The notes under the pieces were generated by a model. It was given only the letters and a program-made list of their open reading frames with translations, made no database searches and was not told the DNA's origin. DNA of 64,000 nucleotides from Chrysomallon squamiferum (Eukaryota > Animalia > Mollusca). Where the stretch lies: positions 10,912,001 through 10,976,000 of the forward strand of contig CM022670.1 of NCBI GenBank assembly GCA_012295275.1, given 5' to 3'. Positions 1-12,200 of this stretch are shown piece by piece; the stretch's first letter is position 1, and each line of letters opens with the position of its first letter. The position numbers and the translations under genes were made by a program.

Positions 1-532
1 TATATTGTGATTAAAAGTTTTTATGTTTTTTTTTTTCCCCCGATGACAGCTAGTGCTTGCATTGTATAAATGTGATTAGGTTTTACATCAAAATTATTCT
101 CATTAGCGTTCTTGTTTCTAATGCATAATACAATGATCTGAGGAGATCAAAGAGAGATATTCGATATATCGTGAACAATATAAAACAGTAGCGGATAACG
201 GTAAAATGTAATTGCTGTATAGTACAATAAGTCCTCATACAGTTGTGTCAAATAACCAATATGTTTGTCTGTTAAGCAAAAACTGACTAAAGCAATCATA
301 ATAATGCAGATTATGTCTGCCTCTTAATAAATAATGCATTTTAAAAATTACTTTGATGTTATTTGATGTATAGTATTTTTTATATATTTTTGTGTGAGCT
401 TCACACACAATTTTAGTAAGAAAATAAAACAAGAGGGATTAAAAAGAGAGAGTAAAATAGAGATGAAAGGTAGGTCATGAACTATAAACAAAATGTTAAC
501 TGTTATCAAAAATTTTTTAAATATGGTAACCC

Positions 533-568
<36 letters not shown>

Positions 569-885
569 AAAACAAGAAGGCGATCTTTCTCATTCAGTGT
601 TTTCAGGCAAACCTTTCACAGAAGAAGAATATCGACCTGTTGGGCCAAAGCTGCTTACCTCGAGTGGGATCGACAAGCTATTGGGAACAATAACAAAAGA
701 CGACAGATAAAAACCATACATCTGCTGGTTTGCTTGAAACATGTCGTAGTTGTTTTGGCACTAATAAATGGATGCTGAATTGTTGTGGTTGCTCGCTTCG
801 GAAATGAAGTCAGAGAGAGCAAAACGTAGTTCCTGATATAATAATTTCTTTCTTTTTGTTTTTTAAAGTCAGAAGATAAGAAAAA

Positions 886-949
<64 letters not shown>

Positions 950-1330
950 GGGAATTATAAACAAAAAATACAAACTTTACTGAATTTGGTTTACATATTT
1001 TACAAAATATTCTTTAGACACTTTACAATTTGCAAACACCTTAATATATATTTTTAAAATGATACGTTTTGTGTTTATTTATCAGTTTACATCTATTAAT
1101 AACTAATATCTTTAGTTTTCGATGAAAGCCGTAGATCTCAGTGAAAGAATTATTGGTAAATAGCAGGTAAGTTAACAATACAAAACAAATGGATGTTACC
1201 ACGGTTACATTCACGTCAGTAAGAAAATCGGATCTGAGTTATCATGCGCTACTCAGTTTCTATTGAACACCCATTAATCAATAACAACTTGTATGAAAAG
1301 TCACATTCAGGTATGGAGCCACAATACACG

Positions 1331-2849
1331 TCATTTATTGTTTTGTCTTTGTTCGGTTTTACATATATTACTGGAGCTGAAATCAGTTAACTCGTAGAAA
1401 AGGAAACGCAATACAAGTTCATAAACCTAAATATAAACTAAGAAACAAATACAGATTAAAATTAACATTTCCCAACCAAAATTTGTATAAAGAACACACG
1501 GTGTTTTTTTTTTTTTTTTTTTTATTAAAGTGAAATAAAAACGGAAATCAAAGATTATGTGACTATGTGTATGGATTATATGAAAAATATTTTTGAAAAA
1601 AAAATTTTTGAACAATTAGTACATTATAGCCAGCTAAAAAACCCCACACATAACCCCACAGTAACTCAAGACATTTTGTATCGCAACCCTATACCCATAG
1701 TAACACAATAGCATAAAGAACTCTAACCATATCGCAACCCTAAACCGATCCTTAGATCAAACCTATCCTTGCGCTTAGCAATAATAAACTAGTAAACATA
1801 AACCAGAGATTGTCTTTCAAGCTGTTTAGAGCCAAGCTACATCAGGACACTAGCTCCTTTGATTCAGATAATCATATTGGGTGTATACAATTATTTATGA
1901 ATGCATGGATCGTTAACTTGCATGACTGGTTGCATTTCTGGATAAAAGAATGGATACATGCCTGCATGAATGGTTGCTTCTTGGATGAATGAATCTATAC
2001 GTAAAATTTGTGTTGTGACTGCATATTTGATTAACGTGTGAAAGGATGAAAAAAAAAAAAAAAAAAAAAAAAAAGGACGAATGGAGGAATTTCGTATCAT
2101 ATAAACCACATACATCTTATCCATCCTCAGTGCTTCCTCCAACAACTCCATCGCTCTCTCCATTTTGTCCATCTTCTGCTTTCGTATTTTATCCTTTCGG
2201 TCCTCCATGATTTGCTTTTGTCTGTCTCTCTCACGTTCTATCGAGGCATCCATGTGATGCATATTACTGAGAATGGCCCGCGTTTCCTGTGAAATAAATA
2301 CATTTAATCGGTAAACTATTCTTACAGATTACTAAGAGATGTACAATAGCATACAATAAAGCTCTAGATCAATGACATGTTTCCAGGAATGAATGAATAA
2401 ATTAATATTTAAGAGCGTTCGGCGAATACTGCGAAAAAAAAAGAAGAAAAAAAAAAAAAAGAGATATTATTTAAAACTGCCTCCTATATAGAGACAAATA
2501 ACCAGATAAATATAGATTGGCAGATAGATAAACATACATACGAGCACATTAAATGAATTGATATGTAAGAGATAGATGGATAAATATCAGATAAAAATAT
2601 GGATGGAGTTTGGTAACAAATATATGCTCACATACGTACACACATACATTATTAATAAAGTAACTGGTATCTTTTCTCTTTGTGTATTCCTTTGCACAAA
2701 CGATATTTTATTTTTTTTAAAGATATCATTATCAAACCATTAAATACTATTACCGATGAAGGCACGTACTAAATCAATTATATGGATTAATAATACAACT
2801 TAAATATCTTTTTTTTTTCCCTTTTATTCCTTTAATTTTTCTTCTTCTG

Positions 2850-2929
<80 letters not shown>

Positions 2930-3669
2930 TATTATTATTATTATCATCATCATTATTATTGTTGTTGTTGTTGTTGTTATTCATCATCATCATCATTATT
3001 ATTATAATTCTTTTGGGGAGTATGTTTGGTATATTTGGGGGGGTTATTTTTTTTTTTTTTTTTTTATTTTTTCTTTTTAAATAATTGATGCAAATATCGA
3101 TATCCTTTATTTTTTGGATAACATCTAATTTCGATATAATTTTATTTCTTTACTTTTTAAAGGTCTAACTTCAAATACACCCAACACGTTTAATTTGCTT
3201 CTTACTTGTTCGTATATCGTAGTTTGGTCAGTGTTATCCTTGCTGTCGGGCGCGGGGGAAACCGGCAGACTCCGGATACTGCGCACGTCGGGCGACAAAC
3301 TTCTTCTAATGGGAAACTCAGGAACGCTGATCGAACTGGCACTCCTGTTGTCGTCTGCAAGTGCAATCTTCCGCCGTAAACTCCTCCTCCGCATAAACTC
3401 CTCTGCTCTCTCTTTCTCGTTGATGTAAGATACCCGTGAATCACTGCGCGAAGGTCCTCTGCTTTTGCTGCGTATTCTGTTAATTCTTGATTCTTCTACC
3501 ACAAAAGAAATAAAGTGACAGTATTTTTAGACAGTATTATTTATTAAACAAAATATAATCGTTGAACATGTATGTCTGCAATAAGCCAGTTCTAATGTAG
3601 GCCTGTTTATATTTTTGCTACTGATTATTTTAATCTTTGTGTTAGTTACGGGTTTAGAAATATATGTTC

Positions 3670-3728
<59 letters not shown>

Positions 3729-5635
3729 TGTGTGTGTGTGTGTGTGTCTGTGTTTGTGAAGGGATAAATGGATATTAAATAATTTAAACAGGAGTCATGA
3801 CTGGAACGGAAATACCCCAGAGGAAAATAACTGAAATCTTTTATTTTTCATTATTATTATTTTTTTCAACTCACCTAACATTCGAGATTTCGCCCTGTCT
3901 TCTTCAGCCTCGCTTTGAAATTGCATCGCCGCCAGTTGCAAATCATATCTACAGTCTTCAAGTACGTCGATGAGAACTTTGGTTTCTTGTTCAAACAGAC
4001 TATTTAGACTGTCCATAAAATATTTCTGCGAAAATAAAAAGTTTATTACAAAATTAGCAATCGGAATAAGGCAACAAAGCTATTTCTCCTGCGAAATAAT
4101 GTAACTACTAAACTAAACCCCGTACATGTTATTGCAAGAAAGAAAGATTTGTTTTCCAAAAAAATATTAATGTGTATGCATGTCGATATGTGTGTGTTTG
4201 TTGTCTGTTTATGTATGTGTATGCGTGTGTGTGTGTGTGTGTATGTGTATATATATAGTATTTGTATAATTGTTTTTGTATTTGTGCATGTATATCTCTG
4301 TATGTGAATTTGTGTTTTTGTCTGTGTATGTATGTATATGTTTACACAGACGTTAGCAAATTAATATTTCTTTTACCACAGAAGCCAAGGAAAACCATAA
4401 AACGTATAGGTATAGGTAGATAACTATGTACAGTTATAAACAGTTATAAACAATGATACAGAATTAATGATAAGAGCAAAAAAAAAAAAAAAAAAAAAAA
4501 AGAAATAAATAAATAAATAAATAAATAAATAAAAGCGATGAACAAAAACAACCAAAAAAAAAAAAAAAAAAAAAATAGCACGTAGTTTAAACAAGAAAAA
4601 ATAAATAAAACAACCAACAACCACAACAACAACAACAACCAAACAAATAATCAGTGTATGCATGTGGACAGATAAACACAGATTATTTAGCTAAAGTGAC
4701 TTGTAGACAGACAGGTTAAAAATCAGACAGAAAGATGGATGGAGAGTGATAATAATAATAATAATAAAGTTGTAAGCGGATTAGCTTATTTTTCACCACA
4801 CACTACCAAGCTCAGAAATAAATAATACTTGAGTACAGAGAGAGAGAGAAAGAGATAAACAATAATACAGTGATGTTTTTTAACCTTTAGGGTAGATAGA
4901 CTTTCAGATATTTACAAATCTACAGAGGACAATGTAAGAAATTAAATTCTAACATAGACCTCTGATCACAATCAACAAACTCATAAAAAAGGAAGAAATA
5001 ATAATGATAATTTTTGCTAGTTACTACTACTACTACTATTATTATTATTATTATTATTATTATTATGTTACTATTATTGTTTCTATTGTTGTTGTCATTA
5101 TTATTATCGCTTTTATTACTGTTAATTTTGTTATGATAGTTAACTTTTGTTGTTCCTATTGTTGCAGTTATTGTATAATTATTGCAGATATAGTGAATCT
5201 AAATCTATATGGATAAAGATGAATATTGACTGTAGTTCGAATGTTCACTCAATTAATCTATATTCTATTCGTGTACTGTGAAATATTCGATGTTATCTAC
5301 AAATGTATAGTTCAGGCATGACTGAATATATAAAAAAAAATGTTGGTTGCAATCAGGAATTTATCATTTATTGATCAATTTTGACTATATATCGTAATTT
5401 GAAACATCTAATTTATGACGTAATTGATATCCGGTATTTATTATTTATTTTATTTAACCTGTTTTAAATCCCATATTATGAGTTTTCATTTCAAGTGACT
5501 TTTAAGATAAATTATATGATAGTCCCACAGCATCTAAAAGTCATTAAACGTTTCGTAGATTTTTCCAGAATACCTGTCCGAACAAGATTTTGTTTTTTGA
5601 CAACGATAATTAAAATGCCTGATAACGCACCGCTG

Positions 5636-5682
<47 letters not shown>

Positions 5683-5845
5683 ATTAAAACAGAAAAAGAA
5701 AAGACGAAGATAAAACAAAACTCAAGGTATTCTAAAACTTTTTTTTTTTTTAGATCAGTATGATTAAAATATTATTTACCTTGACAGGTGGCGATAAGCT
5801 TTTCACTTTCGAACGAAAAACGTCATTTTTCCATAACTCATCCAT
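1331..5845 (-). CDS. Uncharacterised multi-exon protein (~241 aa): CUE/UBA-like N-terminus, Arg/Ser/Pro-rich linker, C-terminal coiled coil
   Basis: Phase-consistent GT-AG exons on the minus strand: 5845-5780 (MDELWKNDVFRSKVKSLSPPVK), 4025-3875 (KYFMDSLNSLFEQETKVLIDVLEDCRYDLQLAAMQF...), 3495-3206 (EESRINRIRSKSRGPSRSDS...TIYEQ), 2286-2114 (ETRAILSNMHHMDASIERERDRQKQ...EALRMDK). These are GC-richer islands in AT-rich introns and splice into one open frame. The terminal exon 1376-1331 (ISSNICKTEQRQNNK*) fits the phase but is only tentative. Confidence 0.75.
3671..3746. repeat. (TG)n microsatellite
   Basis: Near-pure TG run; representative of dozens of (TG)n, (AAT)n, poly-A/T tracts across the window. 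Confidence 0.95.
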
Positions 5846-6807
5846 ATTGACTTGATTTTCAGAACTGTTCCCAGTTAAAGATAACAAAAAAAAAAAAGAT
5901 AAAGATTTGTCTTCCGTTAGTAAAATCTGTTCAAGACGAAGACGGCGGTTTTGATAGTCTTGTTGTCAGCTTGTCCCAGGCGCAGCAGCGTAATGACAGA
6001 GAGTTTCTGAATCACTGATCACTCTGAAGATAATAAACCGATTCCATATTTCAACCTCTCACAGCGTCTTCCAGCTTAACCGAGCAATCATATGTCCCGC
6101 AACAGCAAAATTCAGTCAATCAAAATTAATATAAAATATGTTTTTTTTTTTTTTTTTTTAAAAAAAGAATGAGAGAGAAGATTATAATGTATAAAATATC
6201 TTAACGGCGTTCAGAAGGTGTATTTTGTTAATGGAATTTAATACATACTCGCTACAGTTGTGACACATCGACGTAAGTCAATAGGTCGATAGAGTCCTAG
6301 CATAAACACTTTGATCACCAAGACAACATTCATTGTGGTGACAGATCAATAGGACTGTATTGATGTTGTCAGGGTAACCTTATTTTTGGCTATGTACGTA
6401 AGAACGTAAAGGTACTCTGTGAAATATTCGTTTAATTTGTCTAAAGTGGACAGACAGTGACTTTAAAGGAATAAATCGCTCTAATTAGACCAGTTACATA
6501 AAAAATTGCGATATCCACGTACTGTAGTTAATTTGAAAACAATAAAGCTTTGTCTGTGGCTGGGTCAGGTGACACTTCATATTTTATTTATTACGTCGTG
6601 TAGTTTTTGCTGATTAATTTTTAGTCTTTCCGAAAGGACGCATAAAATTCAATCCTCAGGAGATTTGACGGCATATTTTTTGTTGCATAGGTTACAACGA
6701 TCGTCAGGTACTTTTTATATAGCGAATATTTTACCATTCATAACCCGTCAGCTATTGTAACCGAAACATATTCATACATTTCATAAGGAATAAAAAAAAA
6801 AAGAAAA

Positions 6808-6844
<37 letters not shown>

Positions 6845-7938
6845 AAGAAAGAAAGAAAGAAAGCAAGAAAAATTTAAAACAATAAATTTTAAATAATAAA
6901 TAGAATGTTAGTGTCAAAAGTTACTATGGCGAAACTAATAATTACATTCCGTTCATCTACTAAGGAAGATTAATTATATTTATTTGTACTAGATGACACC
7001 TTCTATATCCGGAATAGCAATAACAAGGATTCGTGTTTTATGACAAATAGCCACAGGGAAAAAAATAATAATAATAAAAAAATAATTTAAAAAAAAAGAA
7101 AGGAAAAGAGAGATAGGAAGAAGAAAGCAACAAAGGAACAAAAACAAATAAAAAACAAGAAAAGAACAACAGTAAAAAAAGAAGAAAAAAAAGAAGAAAA
7201 AACAAAAAACAATCTACCCCCCCTCCAAAAAAAAATAAATAAGTAAATAAAAATTATAATAATAAAATAAAGAACAAAACTTGATTATCTTGTAACGTTT
7301 TGAAAGTAAGTTCAGACAAATTATTGTAACTTATGGCCCTTTTCATAACTGTTGCATACTTTAAATCTAAATAGCTTTCTTAAAGCTAGCTATATCATAG
7401 CTGTAAGGTTAATCATAATCATTAAACCGAATATTAAATTGTACTTCAAAGGTGCAGATATAAAAGAAAAATGTACGAAATTAATAATTTTATCTGACTA
7501 TAAAATAAAGCCAAAACCCTTCTTCTGCCCACACACATAAAATATTCTCTGTGAATCAAAAACGTGTAAATGAAAGTGTATATAATGTAAGTTTGTACGT
7601 ATGTATATGTATATATTTATGTATGTAAGTGTGTGTGTGTGTGTGTGTGTGTTATTGATTTAACTGTATCTGATTCAGTTTTAGGTTCTGCTAAAGTTTT
7701 CGGTTCTGCTAAATAAATCAATAAATAAATAAATCAATAAATTCACCTTTTTGTACCAAATAACAATAATAAAACTGCTCGTTATGAGTTTAAATTTAAA
7801 TACGTATATTTCAAATAATTATTTTGGTACATTTTTATTCGAGAGCGGGTCACAGTTCAGTGGCTGTGGGTAGTAAAATCTATCTTTCTTGATGGATATA
7901 ATTAATTATTATTGATAACCTGCATTACAAAAGCCATG

Positions 7939-8022
7939 GCACGTGCTGTCGTGTCTGTGGGATAGTGAGTATAAAAGATCCCTTGCTTCTAATGAAAAGA
8001 GTAGCCCATAGTGTGGCAGCTG

Positions 8023-8103
<81 letters not shown>

Positions 8104-8275
8104 ATGAGAGTATTCCTTAGACATAAATCGTGCAACACAATGTATGACGCTACTGTAAATAATTTTTATGTTGCTAGATCAAATATTTCTTTCCATAAAT
8201 GCATGCGACTTAATTTTATTAGTATAGAATTGATAACAAATTATCTCCCTTGTATAACGGAAGTGGCATGGCCGC
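7939..8275 (+). promoter_or_regulatory. Putative TAF5L proximal promoter (shared interval with the divergent gene)
   Basis: Within ~400 bp of the TAF5L ATG: E-box palindrome GCACGTGC (7939-7946), TATAAAAG (7970-7977), (CT)n tract (~8025-8100), ETS/GABP-type CGGAAGTG (8258-8265). Motif matches only; TSS unknown. Confidence 0.35.
8025..8100. repeat. (CT)n microsatellite
   Basis: Pure CT run ~250 bp upstream of the TAF5L ATG. Confidence 0.95.
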
Positions 8276-8352
8276 TCTTAGCTTTCGCTGTGACACAATT
8301 TATCAACATGTGTGATATTTTATCGTCTGCAAGTCAGTATAGCAGTTTGAAG

Positions 8353-9203
8353 ATGAAGAGAGTTAAAGATGAACAGATACAATCATCAGTTAATCATTAT
8401 TTGAAAAGAAGACAATTTATGGTTTGTACTGTGAACGGAATAATACTAAAATGTTTTTCTTTTTACATTTTTCTTAAATTACTGATTATTACTATGACTT
8501 TGTGTTACTGTTACAGTGTTTGTATTACTATTAATACTATTACGTTACTATTTGACATATAAATTTACTATTAATATTATATTTATTCAGTTTTATAATT
8601 ATGGTATTGTGCAAGTGTTACTGACAAATTTGTCTAATAGCTTTGAGTTTATTAATATTATTATTAGTTTATAATTTAAGGTTTGCATATAAATCTTTTA
8701 AAATTTTGTCTAAAAATATAAATAAATAAATAAATAAATAATAATAATAAAAGAAAAAGCATTAGTAAATTATCTAAATACAGTAATATGCAATACATGT
8801 AATTATAATGATAATTATTTTTCAGGATGTTGACATTAATTCAAAAAATGTGAAAATGGTTCATAGTATTTCTGAGATGACACTGAGAGCTCAGGCCAAC
8901 AGTTTGAACATTGAGAACATTCTCTCATACAGCAGTATCTCAGGAGATGCAACAGCATGTGATCAGCAGTTCACCAGGTAAAGTGTTTTATTCAGTTTAT
9001 TTCACCATAACACAGTACTATACCTTATTTCTGTTGTGTCCTTGATCAGCACCACTCGGCCTTAACATAAACCAGCCATTTTTAAATAGCTATTAATATA
9101 AAAGTATATATATATTTAATGGTATGCATATTTCTGTGTGTTATTAAAAAAAAAAATTTTTTTTTTTTTTTAGATCAAATAAATTTATATATGGTTATTT
9201 GTT

Positions 9204-9234
<31 letters not shown>

Positions 9235-12200
9235 CTTTTGTGCAGATTAAAAAACTTCATCAATGATGCTGTGCAACCCTACTGCAAATATCTGAAGACA
9301 TTGTTATATCCGGTGTTTGTGCATGTCTATCTTGAAATGCTCTGCAACGGACACAAAACACCAGGTGTGTTATATGTGTTAAATCAAATATTCAGTCTAA
9401 AGTCATTTTAACTTTAATAATCTACATATTATTATTATTTTAATTATAATGAGAGTAATTCTACTATCAATCCACATGTTACACTTACTATCATTACTTT
9501 AACCCATTTTTCTTTTTTCATTAATTTAATCCTGATCAGGCATTTTATGTTCAATTTAGAATACTTAAAACATGTAAGAATAAATAATAAAATTAAGTTG
9601 TTTTCAAATTTCAGCTCACAAATTTCATGATCGTCACATAGCTTTGTTCAAAGATGACGATGAACACAAAAACATAATCAAACGTTTGAAGAGACTTGAT
9701 TCTAAATCAGATGTCTTGGCTTGTAAAGACATCTCTGACTTCAGGTATGTTTATGTTACAAGCTACCCCTGGAAACACAGTCATTTAATTTTGAAGGTTT
9801 GTGGTCAGCATTACAGGTTGTTCATGAAACACAAGTCACTTAATATATCAGCTGCTGTTTCTCACTACATAATGTTCATTTTGCTTAAATGTTGTTTCAT
9901 TGTATAAAATATAACTCCATTATTTAGGGTATAAGTGTTTAATATTTAACACATTTTTAAATCAATATTGTGTAATGATTATAATAATTGGATAATATAT
10001 TCTTTGTAAGTGCCATTGCTTTTCTAGATGATTCAGAACCTAGGCCTGTTTTAAATACATTTCATTATTTTTTAAATTATTTTTCTCTATTATTATTGTT
10101 ATTTTTATAATTATTATGATAATTATTTTTAATCATCCCTTATTAAAGGCTTTATAATTATTACTGTTGCTCTCATCAATGTTATTATCATTTCTGTTGT
10201 TATAGAGAACACAGGTTTCACGTATTTCTCAGTGATGAAGCATTGTTTTACCTCATGCAGTATCTTCAGGTACAATTTTACATTTATTAAAATGTATTAA
10301 TGTTTTTTTAACAACAATATTTGACATATAGCGATGTCTACTTGATCTATTTTAGAAATGAAAAAAAAAAAGTAAAATCAGTTTAAAAAAATATATTTTA
10401 AGAAAAGTAGGAATTAACAACATTTATATGTAAGTATTTTTCTCTTCAGTTTAGGATTGTATTTTTGTTACATTTAATGACATGACAGACTACAGTTTGA
10501 TCAATTATATTAATTCTTTGCATCATAATGTACTGATGTAATGTATGTTTTCATTTTCAGAACAAAGATAACCAAATAATGCTGCAGATTTTTAATCAAC
10601 ACTTGAAAGTTGATGGTAAGTGTAAATTAAAATGATCTCTAACTTTAACATGAAGTTTTTCACATGAATTGTTGTTATTATTTACAGTAGAGAAAGAGAT
10701 ACTGATCTCCTTCTTGTGTGTGTGTTTATGGTCAGAATTCTGAAAAGTTTATTGAATGATGAGATCTTTTAAGCTCCTCTTTCATTTGTTGTTTTCTGTG
10801 AAAAGAGACATTCTATTTTGTTTCTTTTCTTTTGACAAGCAGCTTTTGTTGTTGTTTGCAGTTAGGTCAGAAGCAAGTGCTGACATAGAGCTTAGTGCAG
10901 AAGTGAAAGAAGAGAAAATAACAGACGAGGTTCTACCCAAAATTGCATCTTCACCCTCCATACCTAGTGAAGTGAGTCTGCCCAAACTGCAACATTGTAT
11001 AAAGAAAGTCAGAGAGGGGCCACAGTGTCTTGCATCCATTTGTTTTTATACATTTATCAATGCGTACCAAGGGTATGATTTACTTTTGATTATCTCTGTA
11101 AACATGATTTCTTCAGTTTAGCAGTACAAAAAAGTCTAATTTGTTCACACATAAAAGTAATTTACCTTGTTAGACATAGTACAGATGGTAAAAGAACAAA
11201 ACAGATAATAGTAATTGATACCGCTTTTGCCATACAGTAGGATAATTTTTCTTGTGTTATAGCAATGTATCTGTTTTACACACTTTCTCTTTGACAAAGA
11301 GGCATTTATCATGATGTTGTAAACACAGACTAACAGAGAACTTGCTAGAGTAGGAAACAGACACTCAGGAACATCAAGGAAAACTTATCTTATATTTAGA
11401 GTTAGGCTAAATCCCACCACTGAACTGAATGTCTTGTTCTTGTGTTTATTGTTCAAAATTTCACATCAGCAGAAATTCATTTAGTAAACTTGAGAGTCTA
11501 CACTCTTCTGAAGCGGATACTTGTCATCAAAAATGTTTAGCAATCACTTACTCCATTATTATAATAAGAAAGTAGATAACATAAATGTCTTGTATGACAC
11601 ATGAAATAATTCCAGCTGTTTTATATTTCAGATTGTGTAGTGCTTCTGTATCCCCAGACAGTGAGTTGCTAAGTGCTGCATTTGAAGACTCAACTATCAT
11701 GTTGTGGAGTTTAATGCCAGGTCACCTCCAAACAGAAGAAAATCAAGGAGACACACGCAGAATTAGACTCAGTATTGATGACATTTTACAGCAGGATTCC
11801 TCCTGGTCAGAGTGGTGAGAAAATTGTCCATAATAATCATCATAAAATGTTTTTTGTTAATAAATTACAATTTAGAAAGGTATTTCTATGTTATTATAGC
11901 AGTGAAGTTTAGAGCAGCTCTTACAACTTCTCTGCACCTATAATGACCACAGTTGTTTATTATTCTCAGTATCTTCAACAAAGGAAATTTAGAAAACAAT
12001 TTGTGTAATGTGAAGGATGTGGGATTCGTCTATTTCTGTGGTTTATAAAATCAAATTCTACTTTATAGTGAATTTATTCATTAATTTATTCATTTATTGT
12101 TTTTGTTTTTTCATTTCATTTTTTTTTTTTTTTTTACAGCAAGCGACAAGAAAATGAAACGGTAACATTACGAAGTCACAATGGTTCTGTTTATAAAACA

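Noticed and set aside
1620-1790. AACCCT/AACCCC-rich stretch as telomeric repeat
   Set aside because: Too degenerate, no regular period; likely an old repeat remnant.
8011-8562. 183-aa ORF as a single-exon gene
   Set aside because: Only 8353-8421 is real (TAF5L exon 1); the rest is (CT)n and intron read-through.
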